The notes beneath the pieces were generated by a model. It made no database searches and was not told where the DNA came from. It saw nothing but the letters and a program-made list of their open reading frames with translations. From an uncultured Clostridium sp. (GTDB lineage: Bacteria > Bacillota > Clostridia > TANB77 > CAG-508), in the NCBI GenBank assembly GCA_902492105.1, contig CABUKD010000005.1:1-63612 (forward strand): a stretch of 63,612 nt of DNA, read 5' to 3'. The translations under genes and the position numbers were made by a program. Positions 10,236-20,415 of this stretch are shown here, one piece after another (positions within the stretch are counted from its first letter, which is position 1; each line of letters opens with the position of its first letter).

Positions 10236-10448
10236 TTAATCTTCCTTTACAACTTCAAAACCAATGTCTTCAATTTTTTCTTTCATTTTATCTTCTGATA
10301 CATCATTATTTGCAGTAACAGTTACGATTCCACTAGTATGGTCAGCAACTACCTTTTCAATTCCTTCCATGTTTTCTAAGGCATTTTTAATTCTGTTTTC
10401 GCATCCATTACATACCATTCCTTTTACTTTTAAAATTGTTTCTTTCAT
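10236..10448 (-). CDS. copZ: copper chaperone CopZ (HMA domain)
   Basis: 70 aa with GMVCNGCENRIKNAL metal-binding MxCxxC motif. Lies between csoR and copA. Confidence 0.85.
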   Translation of the reverse strand: MKETILKVKGMVCNGCENRIKNALENMEGIEKVVADHTSGIVTVTANNDVSEDKMKEKIEDIGFEVVKED

Positions 10449-10488
10449 AAAAATTCCTTCCTTTCTTTTTTACATAATATTAATTTTT

Positions 10489-10788
10489 TTACTTATTAAA
10501 TCTTTTGAATAAATTTATTAATTCATCAATAGTATCTAATTTTCCATCTTCTAAATCTCTTGTTACACAACTATACAAGTGTTCTTCTAATACATGATTA
10601 GATAAACTTTTTACAGAGTTTTCAATAGCAGATAGTTGAATAAGAACATCATTACAATAAGCATCTTCTTGAATCATTTTTTTAATACCTTTTAGCTGAC
10701 CTTCTATTCTGCCTATTCTATTATTAATAATTCTCTTTTCTTCTTCTCCTCTGTGAGTTTTTTTGTTACAACATTTGTCCTTTTCCAA
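10489..10788 (-). CDS. csoR: CsoR-family metal-sensing transcriptional repressor
   Basis: RIGRIEGQLKGIKKMIQEDAYCNDVLIQLSAIENS...HL.SC matches the CsoR/RcnR (DUF156) fold with C-H-C ligands. Confidence 0.85.
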   Translation of the reverse strand: MEKDKCCNKKTHRGEEEKRIINNRIGRIEGQLKGIKKMIQEDAYCNDVLIQLSAIENSVKSLSNHVLEEHLYSCVTRDLEDGKLDTIDELINLFKRFNK

Positions 10789-10810
10789 TTTTCATCACCT
10801 TCTATATTAT

Positions 10811-10826
10811 ATACCTAATGGGGTAT
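10811..10826. promoter_or_regulatory. candidate CsoR operator (ATACC-N6-GGTAT-type inverted repeat)
   Basis: atacctaatggggtat lies just upstream of csoR. A related gggggtatatcc follows about 20 nt later. Confidence 0.35.
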
Positions 10827-11005
10827 TTTGTAAATAAGGGGGTATATCCATGTAAAGCTTTATTTTTATACATTTATACATAAGTGAATAAATTAAAAGA
10901 ATAACTGGTTAAATTTACTATTAATATAGGGCATAAACTTAACTTGATTTGCTGTTTTGTCATATGTTGACATAAATATAGTAAATCTACAAAGGAGGAT
11001 TTTTT

Positions 11006-13516
11006 ATGATAAGAAAAGGCAAGCTCATTTTATCCCTATTAGGAATAGTAGTATTATTCTTTTTGATACAAGCCATCTTTGGACTTAACGCATCTGCAAG
11101 TACTGAAAGTCCCATAAATGAAACTACCTTTCCAGATAACAATTTTGTAAATGCATTAAAAGAAATTTATCCTACCTATACAAAAGATAATTTATTAACA
11201 CCAGAAGAAGTTAGCAAAATAACATCTCTTAATTTATCTATGCAAGGAATTCGTAACTTAAAGGGCATAGAATATTTTACTAATTTAACATTTTTAAATC
11301 TAGAATTTAATAATTTGGTAGAACTAGATTTAAGAGAAAATGTGAAGTTAACTACTTTGGAAATTTCCAATAATCCTTATTTAACTTCATTGCAGTTACC
11401 AAAAGATATTGTTAATGTCTACATGAATTTTAATACAAAATTAGCAAATTTTGAAATTTCTAATTATGCCAATTTAAAAATAATATATGCAGAAGATGTA
11501 CCTCTTAATTCTGTAGATATTAGCAATTTAACACAGCTTGTTGCCCTAAATTTAGCCAATACTGGACTAAAGCAAATAAATACGAATTATAATTTGCAAT
11601 TAGAATATTTAAATGTATCTTCTAATCAGCTAACAGAATTGGATGTTAGCCAAAATACAAATTTGCTAACATTAAGAGTGGAGGATAATCAATTATCGAA
11701 ATTATCTTTACCAAACAGTATTAGAAATGATGTAACAGTGGAATACTATGCACAACAAGTAAAAGAAGGTTATGCAATTAATTGGTATGAGGGAGAAAAC
11801 TTAATAAAACAGAATGAAAAAATTTCTATGAAAGGGCAAGTTTTAGTATCTAAAGTAACAGCAAAACCATATCAAATTATTTATCATGCAAATGGTGGAA
11901 AAGGAAATATGCCTTCCAAAGAAGTCACATTTGGAAATTCTGTAATACTAGCACAAAATGATTTTACACGAACTGGTTACCTATTTGCAGGTTGGTCATT
12001 CGTGCAAAATGCAAATCAAGCAACTTATCAAGATCAACAAGAAATTTTTATTACTACATATCCATCAAAAGGAAAAGTTACTTTATATGCAGTATGGAAA
12101 CCAATTCAATATACAATAGAATTTGTAGCTCAAAATGGGGAAGGGACAATGGAAAAAATGAATTCTTTGGCCTATGGAAAAAGCTATCAACTACTAGCAA
12201 ACCAGTTTACAAGAGAAGGATATACTTTTAAAGGTTGGACTACTAAGCAAGGAAGCCAAGTAGTACAATATGTTAACAAAGCTTCTATTTCTAACCTAAC
12301 AGCAGAAGATGGAAAAACTGTGAAATTATATGCTATCTGGGAACAAAAAAGTTATTCTGTTTCTTTTCAAGTAGATGGAAGTACACAAAAAAGTACAGTA
12401 AAACATGGGGAAAATGTGAAAAAGCCATCTAATCCAACTAAAACAGGTTATACTTTTTTAGGATGGTATGATAGTAAAACAAATCAACCATATAACTTTA
12501 GTCAAAAAATAACACAACCTGTTCAACTAATTGCTAAATGGAAAGTAAATACTTATACAATAGTTTTTAACGGAAACCAAGCAAAACAAAATATGAATTC
12601 GATTACTTTAAACTATAACCAATCTTACACTTTGCCAGAAAATAATTTTAAAAGAGATGGGTATCGATTTAAAGGTTGGGCTTTATCTAACAATGGAAAT
12701 GTAAAATATATTAATAAAGCTACAATTAAAAACTTAACTTACAAAAATGGAGAAACTATTATTTTATATGCTCAATGGGAAAAAATAAAAAAGAATTTTT
12801 CTATTCGTACTTCTAATGTAAATACAATATACAATGGAAAATCACATACTATTAGCTTAAGTAATGTTCCAACGGGAAGTACTGTTTACTATCGCACTAG
12901 CAAAAATGGAAGTTGGGGTAAAACAAAGCCAACAAGAACAAGTGTAGGTTCTACAACTGTATATTACAAAGTAACTCATGCAGACTATGTAACGATAGAA
13001 GGAAGTGCTAAAGTTACAGTCACTTCTAAAAATATAAAAAATTTAAGTATTAGCGGAATTAGTAATAAAACTTATACAGGAAAACAAATTAAACCTTCTG
13101 TAACAGTAAAAGATGGAAAAAACGTTTTAAAAAATGGAACTCACTATAGTATTAGTTATGGAAGTAATAAAAATACAGGAAAAGGTTATGTGAAAATAAG
13201 TGGAAGAGGTAATTACACAGGAACTATTACAAAATATTTTACCATTATTCCAAAGGCACCAAGTGTAAGCATTAAAGCGGGAACAGGAAGTATTTCTGTA
13301 ACAGCAAAATCAACAGGCGCTAGTGGATATGAAATTTTTTATTCTACCTCTCGTAATGGAAAATATAAAACCATTAGAACTACTAGTTCCAAGAGAACAA
13401 TTTCTAAATTAACTAGAAAGAGAAATTATTATATTAAAGTAAGAGCATATAAAGTAGTAGATGGAAAAAGAGTATATAGTAGTTTTAGCAGTATTAAAGT
13501 AATTAAGGTAAAATAA
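11006..13516 (+). CDS. secreted surface protein with LRR region, Listeria-Bacteroides (InlB B-type) repeats and Ig-like repeats
   Basis: Signal peptide. LxxLxLxxNxL repeats (NLTFLNLEFNNLVELDL..). Four to five ~70-aa repeats with ..F.R.GY.F.GW.. . C-terminal repeats with YTGKQIKPSV and GNYTGT motifs. Confidence 0.8.
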   Translation: MIRKGKLILSLLGIVVLFFLIQAIFGLNASASTESPINETTFPDNNFVNALKEIYPTYTKDNLLTPEEVSKITSLNLSMQGIRNLKGIEYFTNLTFLNLEFNNLVELDLRENVKLTTLEISNNPYLTSLQLPKDIVNVYMNFNTKLANFEISNYANLKIIYAEDVPLNSVDISNLTQLVALNLANTGLKQINTNYNLQLEYLNVSSNQLTELDVSQNTNLLTLRVEDNQLSKLSLPNSIRNDVTVEYYAQQVKEGYAINWYEGENLIKQNEKISMKGQVLVSKVTAKPYQIIYHANGGKGNMPSKEVTFGNSVILAQNDFTRTGYLFAGWSFVQNANQATYQDQQEIFITTYPSKGKVTLYAVWKPIQYTIEFVAQNGEGTMEKMNSLAYGKSYQLLANQFTREGYTFKGWTTKQGSQVVQYVNKASISNLTAEDGKTVKLYAIWEQKSYSVSFQVDGSTQKSTVKHGENVKKPSNPTKTGYTFLGWYDSKTNQPYNFSQKITQPVQLIAKWKVNTYTIVFNGNQAKQNMNSITLNYNQSYTLPENNFKRDGYRFKGWALSNNGNVKYINKATIKNLTYKNGETIILYAQWEKIKKNFSIRTSNVNTIYNGKSHTISLSNVPTGSTVYYRTSKNGSWGKTKPTRTSVGSTTVYYKVTHADYVTIEGSAKVTVTSKNIKNLSISGISNKTYTGKQIKPSVTVKDGKNVLKNGTHYSISYGSNKNTGKGYVKISGRGNYTGTITKYFTIIPKAPSVSIKAGTGSISVTAKSTGASGYEIFYSTSRNGKYKTIRTTSSKRTISKLTRKRNYYIKVRAYKVVDGKRVYSSFSSIKVIKVK

Positions 13517-13587
13517 GGAAAAGAGTAATAAAAAGAGCAATTATTTTATGTTTTTGATATTACCAAATTTATTTTTAATAAATAAGA

Positions 13588-13784
13588 AGCTGCCCTAAAA
13601 CTATTTTATAAAAGTATTAGAATTGTCTTTATCGATTTTTAAAACCTTTCCCCTTTTGGACATCTGTAACTCGGCATAAATGCCTCGAACAGCTGTCACA
13701 ATGGTCGCCCACGCAAGGCTTAAAAATCTCAAAAGACAATTCTAATACTTTTAAAAATAATTTTAATCTAATTTTAGGACAGCT
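13588..13784. repeat. structured palindromic repeat, family 1, copy A
   Basis: Long imperfect inverted arms (..gctgccctaaaa..attagaattgtcttt.. / ..aaagacaattctaat..ttttaggacagc) flank a 77-nt asymmetric G+C-richer core (13643-13719). The core is about 95% identical to 31399-31477. Confidence 0.8.
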
Positions 13785-13821
13785 TTTTACTTGTATTTTT
13801 TACATCACTATATTATGCGGA

Positions 13822-14238
13822 CTATAAATTATATGCAGTCATTGAAAATTGTAATATACAAAAAGCTAGTACTACATTGAATAAAAATATAGATAAAACA
13901 TATATAATTTTGTCCTTCTTTTTTGACAATTTCCTAGAAAAAATGATTCCTAAGATAAAAATGAGTATAGTTATTACAGTATATACTATTGCTCTTAAAT
14001 TATTAGAACTAAAGCTTGCAAAAGTAGGTGTAGCTTCTAATATTGGAGCACTTGGAAACATATTTATAAAAATGGTTCGATCTAAAATATAATAAATTGG
14101 CATGATGCAAATCATTAAATAATATGGTAATATTTTTACTCCTCTTATTTCGTTATTACTACTAACATATCTAATTACAAATATAGCTAGTAAAACTAAA
14201 ATTATTACAGGTAAATATTGTATCAATTCTTTTCCCAC
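13822..14238 (-). CDS. hypothetical membrane protein
   Basis: 138-aa ORF with 4 predicted TM helices. No family recognised. Confidence 0.45.
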   Translation of the reverse strand: MGKELIQYLPVIILVLLAIFVIRYVSSNNEIRGVKILPYYLMICIMPIYYILDRTIFINMFPSAPILEATPTFASFSSNNLRAIVYTVITILIFILGIIFSRKLSKKKDKIIYVLSIFLFNVVLAFCILQFSMTAYNL

Positions 14239-14319
14239 CTTTTATTTTCAAAATAATATAAAAATTATTTTATCCAGTTTTTTATTTCAAAATAAAAATT
14301 AAATTATTTCATTTATAAT

Positions 14320-14673
14320 TTACCCAAGTTTATCTCCGTTTTCTACTGTTTTGTCAGGGGTAATTAGAACAACTCCTTGTTTCGAATAGGTTCCTAAAAC
14401 AAGTACTTCTGATATAAAGTTTGCAATTTGCTTTGGTGGAAAATTAGCTACTGCTAGTACTTGTTTTCCAATTAAATCTTTTGGTTCATAACAATTGGTA
14501 ATTTGGGCAGAAGAATGTTTTACTCCAATTTCTTTCCCAAAATCTAGTGTCAATTGATAAGCAGGTTTTTTTGCTTTCTCAAAAGTTTTTGCTTCTAAAA
14601 TAGTTCCTACACGAATATCTAATTTCATAAAATCAGTAAATTCAGCTAATTTCATTTCTTCCATTTTTTTCAC
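14320..14673 (-). CDS. tRNA-binding domain protein (CsaA/Trbp111-like)
   Basis: ..LDIRVGTILEAKTFEKAKKPAYQLTLDFG..QITN.. matches the EMAP/CsaA tRNA-binding OB fold. Confidence 0.8.
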   Translation of the reverse strand: MKKMEEMKLAEFTDFMKLDIRVGTILEAKTFEKAKKPAYQLTLDFGKEIGVKHSSAQITNCYEPKDLIGKQVLAVANFPPKQIANFISEVLVLGTYSKQGVVLITPDKTVENGDKLG

Positions 14674-15389
14674 CTCCTATAATATTCACCATTTTCGTAT
14701 ACAAATAAATCTCCTTCTTTTGCAGTTTCATACAAATCTTTTGGAAAATCTATTTCTTCAATTCCTTCTGTTTTCCCACCTATGGTACCATCCAGATCAT
14801 ATAACCATATTCTTCCTGAAGACTTTTCGCCTACTTCATAGGTATGTCCGTCAATTCTTACAATATCAAAATATTTTTTTTGTTCTTCTATTTGTTGTTT
14901 AATCATAGAATTAATTTCTTTCCCAACCATTTTTGTAGTTTCAGTATCTAAAACAAAATTATCTCCTTGTTTTCTTAAAACACTCCCTAAACTACTCCCA
15001 ATTGGTAATTGTTCTATTTTTTTGGTAATAATTTCATGACTTTTGCCTGGGCTACAATTTGTTAAAAGATAGGAATTTCTATCGTCTACATTATTATTAT
15101 AAATATAAAACATCTCTCCTTTCTCTTTTGTACTTAAGGCATATTCTTCCAATATTTTTCTTCTATTTAATAACATTTTATCTCTAAATTTTGTCGTAAT
15201 TTTGGAATTGTACAATGTTAAATCATCTGAAAGCAGATTATTCCATTCAAAATCACTTTTAGGAATATTAGAATTATTAGTATTTCCCAAATGATTTTTT
15301 AAATAATTGGATAATTCTTGAATAAAATTTTGCACAAATTTATTCTCCTTCAAATTATGAAATAACTCATTTACTAAATCTAAACTCAA
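14670..15389 (-). CDS. hypothetical protein
   Basis: 239-aa ORF whose stop overlaps the downstream start by 4 nt (ATGA coupling). No family recognised. Confidence 0.5.
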   Translation of the reverse strand: MSLDLVNELFHNLKENKFVQNFIQELSNYLKNHLGNTNNSNIPKSDFEWNNLLSDDLTLYNSKITTKFRDKMLLNRRKILEEYALSTKEKGEMFYIYNNNVDDRNSYLLTNCSPGKSHEIITKKIEQLPIGSSLGSVLRKQGDNFVLDTETTKMVGKEINSMIKQQIEEQKKYFDIVRIDGHTYEVGEKSSGRIWLYDLDGTIGGKTEGIEEIDFPKDLYETAKEGDLFVYENGEYYRR

Positions 15390-15559
15390 TATGCAATCAC
15401 TCCTTTATTTTATTACTTATTACATTGTTTGGAAAATCTACTATGGATACATAGTAGTAAGAATAAAACTAAAGTGATTATATATGATTTTACAAAATTT
15501 TACAATAGCTCTTGGCAATTTTATAACTTTTAATGAATTTTATTCTAAAAACTAAGCTT

Positions 15560-16345
15560 TTATATTTCCTCATGGCTTTCTCCTGTGGAATAATCAATTA
15601 CGATTCCTGGTTGCACATTATAGCAATAAACATTAAAACAAACTCCCTGTCCGTTATCTTCTACTGACCATGCTTCCATTTGTACTCCACTTGCTAAAAG
15701 ATTATTTCCTGTAAAAATAGGAGTTACTCGATATAAAACATGATTATTTGAGTTATTTTTAATATATTCGGCTATTTGATTTTCAAAAGGTAACATTCCT
15801 TCTATATTTAAATATTTGGTTCCTGTAATTAAATTTTGTTCATTTGCATTTTCATTTGATAATTGGTAGCCGATTAAATGGCATCTGTTATATAAATATT
15901 CTCCATCATATTTTGCTTGATTCCAACCAGTAGGTTTTACAGAATTAATATCTCCACGTTCATCGTCTTCAGAAGGCATAGTTTCCTTACAAATATTAGC
16001 ATAAGCTACTCTACATCTTCCTAAAGAATCTAATTTTGAGTAATTCTCAAAGCCTTTTGAAGTATCAGTATTAGTAAGATCAAAATTAGGTTTATTATCA
16101 TTAATATAAACGAAAGGAGTGCCTTCATAAGCAGGAATATCAGATAAAGCAAAAGAAAGTACAGTAGCGTTTTGTTCTTCTGCTAAAAAGATATCATTTA
16201 TAGAATCTTGAAAATGAGGGTTAGAATATCCTAGAATCATTAAAGTAATAAGGAAAACAAATCCAACTAATAATTTTCCTAAACTTCTTTTTTGCTTTTT
16301 CTTCATGAATTCAAAACTCCTTTGTGTTTTATTTTTGACCATCAA
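15560..16345 (-). CDS. DNA/RNA non-specific endonuclease (DNA-entry nuclease-like), secreted
   Basis: N-terminal TM/signal segment. NRCHLIGYQLS..N active-site region typical of EndA/NucA-type nucleases. The ATG at 16306 has a better RBS (aaggag) and may be the true start. Confidence 0.75.
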   Translation of the reverse strand: MMVKNKTQRSFEFMKKKQKRSLGKLLVGFVFLITLMILGYSNPHFQDSINDIFLAEEQNATVLSFALSDIPAYEGTPFVYINDNKPNFDLTNTDTSKGFENYSKLDSLGRCRVAYANICKETMPSEDDERGDINSVKPTGWNQAKYDGEYLYNRCHLIGYQLSNENANEQNLITGTKYLNIEGMLPFENQIAEYIKNNSNNHVLYRVTPIFTGNNLLASGVQMEAWSVEDNGQGVCFNVYCYNVQPGIVIDYSTGESHEEI

Positions 16346-16553
16346 TAAAGTGATTAAATATTATTTTATATCTTAATATTACTATATACTAACAAAATAA
16401 ATTTTTCAAGAAGTGCCATTCTATTTTAAAAAACTATTGTTACAAAGATCCTTATTTTACTATTAATAAAAATACTACTATCATAAGATATAATTTTAAT
16501 GAAAGCAGGAACTAAAAAATAAGCTTTTACATAAATTATAGCAAGGTGATTTT

Positions 16554-17516
16554 ATGCAAGAATATAGATTAGAAGAAGAGGATATGATTCATATTGTTCC
16601 AACAAACCAAAGCTATTCTTATGAAATGCTAAAGCAAAATATCAATGAATTAAAAAGGGCATATCCATTTTTAGAAATGGGAAGAATAGGCTATAGTGTT
16701 TTAGGAAAAGAAATTCCTTACATAAGAATAGGAAAAGGACCAAAGGAAGTATTGTATCATGGCGGAATTCATGCAAATGAATGGATTACTTCTGTTCTTT
16801 TAATGAAATTTATTGAAGAATTTTGCAAAGCTTATATTTTTAATGGAACAATTTATTGGGTAAATGCACAATATTTATTTGAAAAGGTATCTTTATATAT
16901 TGTTCCTATGGTAAATCCTGATGGTGTAGATTTAGTAACCGGTCATGTAGATAAAAATAGTAGTGTTTATCAAAATTATTTGTTCATCGGCAGACAATTC
17001 CCTAGTGTACCTTTTCCTGATGGTTGGAAAGCGAATTTTAATGGTGTAGATTTAAATTTACAATTTCCAGCAGAGTGGAATAGGGCAAAAGAAATTAAAT
17101 ATGCACAAGGCTTTACAAAGCCGGCTCCTAGAGACTTTGTGGGAGAGGGACCTTTAACTGAGCCAGAAGCACTAGCTTTATATAATTTTACATTAGAACA
17201 TAATTTTAATTTAACTATTTCTTACCATACCCAAGGAGAAGAAATTTATTGGCAGTTTTTAGATTATAATCCACCAGATAGTAGAAGAATTGGAGAAGTA
17301 TTTGCACGAATTTCTGGCTACCGTTTAGCAGAAGTTCCTTATAATTCAAGTTTTGCAGGATATAAAGATTGGTTTATTCAAAATTATAACAAACCAGGGT
17401 ATACAGTAGAAGCAGGACTTGGAGAAAATCCATTACCAATTTCTCAATTTTCACAAATTTATCAAGATAATGAACCTATTTTAGTATATGGAATGTTAGT
17501 ACAAACGACAGAATAG
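16554..17516 (+). CDS. M14-family zinc carboxypeptidase (gamma-D-glutamyl-diamino-acid peptidase-like)
   Basis: HGGIHANEW zinc motif, NPDG, and a C-terminal ..YTVE.. catalytic Glu region. Confidence 0.8.
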   Translation: MQEYRLEEEDMIHIVPTNQSYSYEMLKQNINELKRAYPFLEMGRIGYSVLGKEIPYIRIGKGPKEVLYHGGIHANEWITSVLLMKFIEEFCKAYIFNGTIYWVNAQYLFEKVSLYIVPMVNPDGVDLVTGHVDKNSSVYQNYLFIGRQFPSVPFPDGWKANFNGVDLNLQFPAEWNRAKEIKYAQGFTKPAPRDFVGEGPLTEPEALALYNFTLEHNFNLTISYHTQGEEIYWQFLDYNPPDSRRIGEVFARISGYRLAEVPYNSSFAGYKDWFIQNYNKPGYTVEAGLGENPLPISQFSQIYQDNEPILVYGMLVQTTE

Positions 17517-17652
17517 AAAATAATAATAAAGTAAAAATATTTATAAAAATAAAATAGCATCTTACTTTTTAATAAAAAAGTAAAATGCTATTTTTTATTC
17601 ATCAAACTGCTTAGAAATTTTAATAAATAATAAATAACTTTTTAGAAATTAA

Positions 17653-18516
17653 TTAAAGATAAATTCCTAAAAAAGAAAGTACAAAATCAATTATATAGTA
17701 AATTCCTATAATTAAAGCAAATTTCCAAAAATATGTCTTATTTTCAGATTCGTCTGATAGATCTTTAATTGCAAAATACAAAAGTACAGTAGATAATACA
17801 CTACAGAAGCCTGAAAATGGAGTTGTTAACTTAGAAACACTAGAGCTAATTAAAGTTAATAAACTAGCAATACTAGCAATAACTACTGGAATTTTAGAAA
17901 TTACAATAGCACTTGCAATAGTTAAAAAAGATTTATTTTTCTGTTTCTTAAATCCATATACTAAACCAGAAAGAACTACTACTGTAATGATAGGTGCAAT
18001 AAGATCTTTTACAATGCCAAACATGTTAGAGAATAAATTGTCAAAGAAATATTCAAAACTTCCAAATGCTCCAAATAAATATCTTTTAGCCATACTTACC
18101 ATACCTAAAAGGAAGATGGCAACTAACCAAATTACTAATACAATAATAGCAATTTTTAAAAAGCTATTTTTGGAGTCAGTTGCAACATTTTTTAAAGTAC
18201 CAAGTGGATTTTTAAAAAATGCTGTAAAAAAGCCTTTTGCCGCTTGTGAATCTTTTTTTAAATCTGTATTTTTAAAAGTATTTTTTACTTCATTTACTGT
18301 CTCTTTGGATTCCCTTTTTAAATCTTCGCTGCTAACATTAAAACCATTAGTATTATTGTTGTTAGCATTATCAGAAGTGGTAGAATTTTGAGCATTTTGA
18401 GTGTTCTCTGTACTTTGTGTATTTTCTGTATTAAGAGTAGTTCCTTGTTGAGAGTTATTCACATTTTCAGTTTCTGAATTTTGTACATCATTTTGATTTT
18501 CTTCCATTTTTATCAT
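17653..18516 (-). CDS. membrane protein with N/Q/T-rich low-complexity N-terminus
   Basis: 287-aa ORF. N-terminal NTENTQSTENTQNAQN.. repeats followed by 5 TM helices. Confidence 0.5.
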   Translation of the reverse strand: MIKMEENQNDVQNSETENVNNSQQGTTLNTENTQSTENTQNAQNSTTSDNANNNNTNGFNVSSEDLKRESKETVNEVKNTFKNTDLKKDSQAAKGFFTAFFKNPLGTLKNVATDSKNSFLKIAIIVLVIWLVAIFLLGMVSMAKRYLFGAFGSFEYFFDNLFSNMFGIVKDLIAPIITVVVLSGLVYGFKKQKNKSFLTIASAIVISKIPVVIASIASLLTLISSSVSKLTTPFSGFCSVLSTVLLYFAIKDLSDESENKTYFWKFALIIGIYYIIDFVLSFLGIYL

Positions 18517-18637
18517 CCCTTCTAAATTAATTTAATACTATTAAACTACAAATTTTAAAAAAAGTAAATAGAAAGTTTCTAAAAATATATGTGAGAATAG
18601 CAAAATTATTACAATTTCTATGTTCAGTTTTATATGT

Positions 18638-18765
18638 AAATGGTATGTAGTTCTTTTTTATTTACGTCCCCCTACTGCGAACAAACTGTAAAAACTTCGT
18701 TTTACAGTTTGTAACTTGTCGGTCCCTACCTTGAGACTTCAATAAAAAAGAACTACATACCATTT
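18638..18765. repeat. structured palindromic repeat, family 2, copy C (core reads on the minus strand)
   Basis: Perfect 25-bp arms aaatggtatgtagttcttttttatt / aataaaaaagaactacataccattt flank a 78-nt core. The reverse complement of the core aligns with 23801-23892. Confidence 0.8.
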
Positions 18766-18883
18766 ATACAAAAGTATATAATAGTAAATTAAAAACAAAA
18801 TGATATAGAATTTAAAAAAATGGGTATTCTAAAATTAAAATATTATGATATAATAACGAAAAACGAAAGGAGAAAGATAAAAA

Positions 18884-20293
18884 ATGGACAAAAAGCAAGC
18901 AGAAGAATTAAAAGAAAAATTATTTCAAAAAAAGGAAAATGGATGGAAGTTAAAAACACAAGAAGAAAAGCAACAAATTTTTGAGTATGCTAGAGGATAT
19001 ATTGACTATATGAATAAATCCAAAACAGAAAGAGAAATTATTAGCAATTCTCAAAAAATAGCAGAAGAACATGGATTCCAAAATATAGAAACATGCCAAA
19101 ATTTAAAAGTAGGAGATAAAGTATATTATAATAATCGTGGAAAAAGTATGTATTTAGCAGTAATTGGAAAACAATCTATGGAAAATGGAGTTAATATTAT
19201 AGGTGCACATGCTGATTCTCCAAGATTAGATTTAAAACCAAATCCACTTTATGAAGATGGAGAATTTGCTTATTTAAAAACTCATTATTATGGGGGAATT
19301 AAAAAATATCAATGGACCACAATTCCACTAAGTATTCATGGTGTGATTGTAAAAACGAATGGAGAAAAAATAACCATTAATATAGGAGAAGATCCACAAG
19401 ATCCAATATTTACAATTACTGACTTATTACCACACTTAGCACAGGACCAAATGAAGAAAAAATTAGCAGAAGCAATAGATGGAGAAGACTTAAATTTATT
19501 AGTAGGAAGTATCCCATTTGATGCAGATGTTCCAGAAAAAGTAAAATTGAATATTTTATCTATTTTAAATGAAAAATATGGAATAACAGAAAATGATTTA
19601 CTAAGTTCTGAAATTGAATTAGTACCAGCAATGCCATGCAGAAGTATGGGATTAGATAACAGTATGGTAGCAGGTTATGGACAAGATGATAAAATTTGTG
19701 TTTATACTTCTTTAACTGCTTTAATGAATATTGAAAATCCAGAAAAAACAGCAATTTGTATTATTTCTGATAAAGAAGAAATTGGAAGCATGGGAAATAC
19801 AGGTATGGAATCTCATGTGTTTGACTATTTTATGTCAGAAATTCTTAACAAACAAGGTATTAATACACCAAACTTATTAGAAAAAGTATATTGCCACTCT
19901 AAAATGTTATCTGCAGACGTAGATGCTGGTTTAGACCCAATTTATGCAAATGTATCAGAAAAAAATAATGCTTCTTTTTTAGGAAGAGGAATAGGGATTA
20001 ATAAATATACTGGTGCTAGAGGAAAATCTGGAGCATCAGATGCTAATGCAGAATTTGTAGCAGAAGTAAGAAATATTTTTGAAACCAATAATATTTGTTA
20101 TCAAATATCTGAACTTGGCAAAGTAGATGTAGGAGGAGGAGGAACCATTGCTTATATTTTAGCAAATAAAGGAATGGATGTAATTGACTGTGGTGTTCCG
20201 GTTCTTTCTATGCATTCTCCATACGAAGTAACTAGTAAATTTGATTTATATGAAGCATATCGTGGATATGAAACTTTCTGGAAAAATGCGTAA
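18884..20293 (+). CDS. M18-family aminopeptidase
   Basis: 469 aa. ..IIGAHADSPRLDLKPNP.., ..DDKICVY.., ..SDKEEIGS.., ..SMHSPYE.. motifs of aspartyl/M18 aminopeptidases. Confidence 0.85.
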   Translation: MDKKQAEELKEKLFQKKENGWKLKTQEEKQQIFEYARGYIDYMNKSKTEREIISNSQKIAEEHGFQNIETCQNLKVGDKVYYNNRGKSMYLAVIGKQSMENGVNIIGAHADSPRLDLKPNPLYEDGEFAYLKTHYYGGIKKYQWTTIPLSIHGVIVKTNGEKITINIGEDPQDPIFTITDLLPHLAQDQMKKKLAEAIDGEDLNLLVGSIPFDADVPEKVKLNILSILNEKYGITENDLLSSEIELVPAMPCRSMGLDNSMVAGYGQDDKICVYTSLTALMNIENPEKTAICIISDKEEIGSMGNTGMESHVFDYFMSEILNKQGINTPNLLEKVYCHSKMLSADVDAGLDPIYANVSEKNNASFLGRGIGINKYTGARGKSGASDANAEFVAEVRNIFETNNICYQISELGKVDVGGGGTIAYILANKGMDVIDCGVPVLSMHSPYEVTSKFDLYEAYRGYETFWKNA

Positions 20294-20415
20294 ATAAAAA
20301 AATGAGGAACAAAACAAGAAAACATAGAAAGCAAAAAAAATAAAGGGATTTGTATGAATCAAATAAATAAACAAATAGAAGCGGCTCTAAATTTAGAGTC
20401 GCTTTTAGTGAGGTT

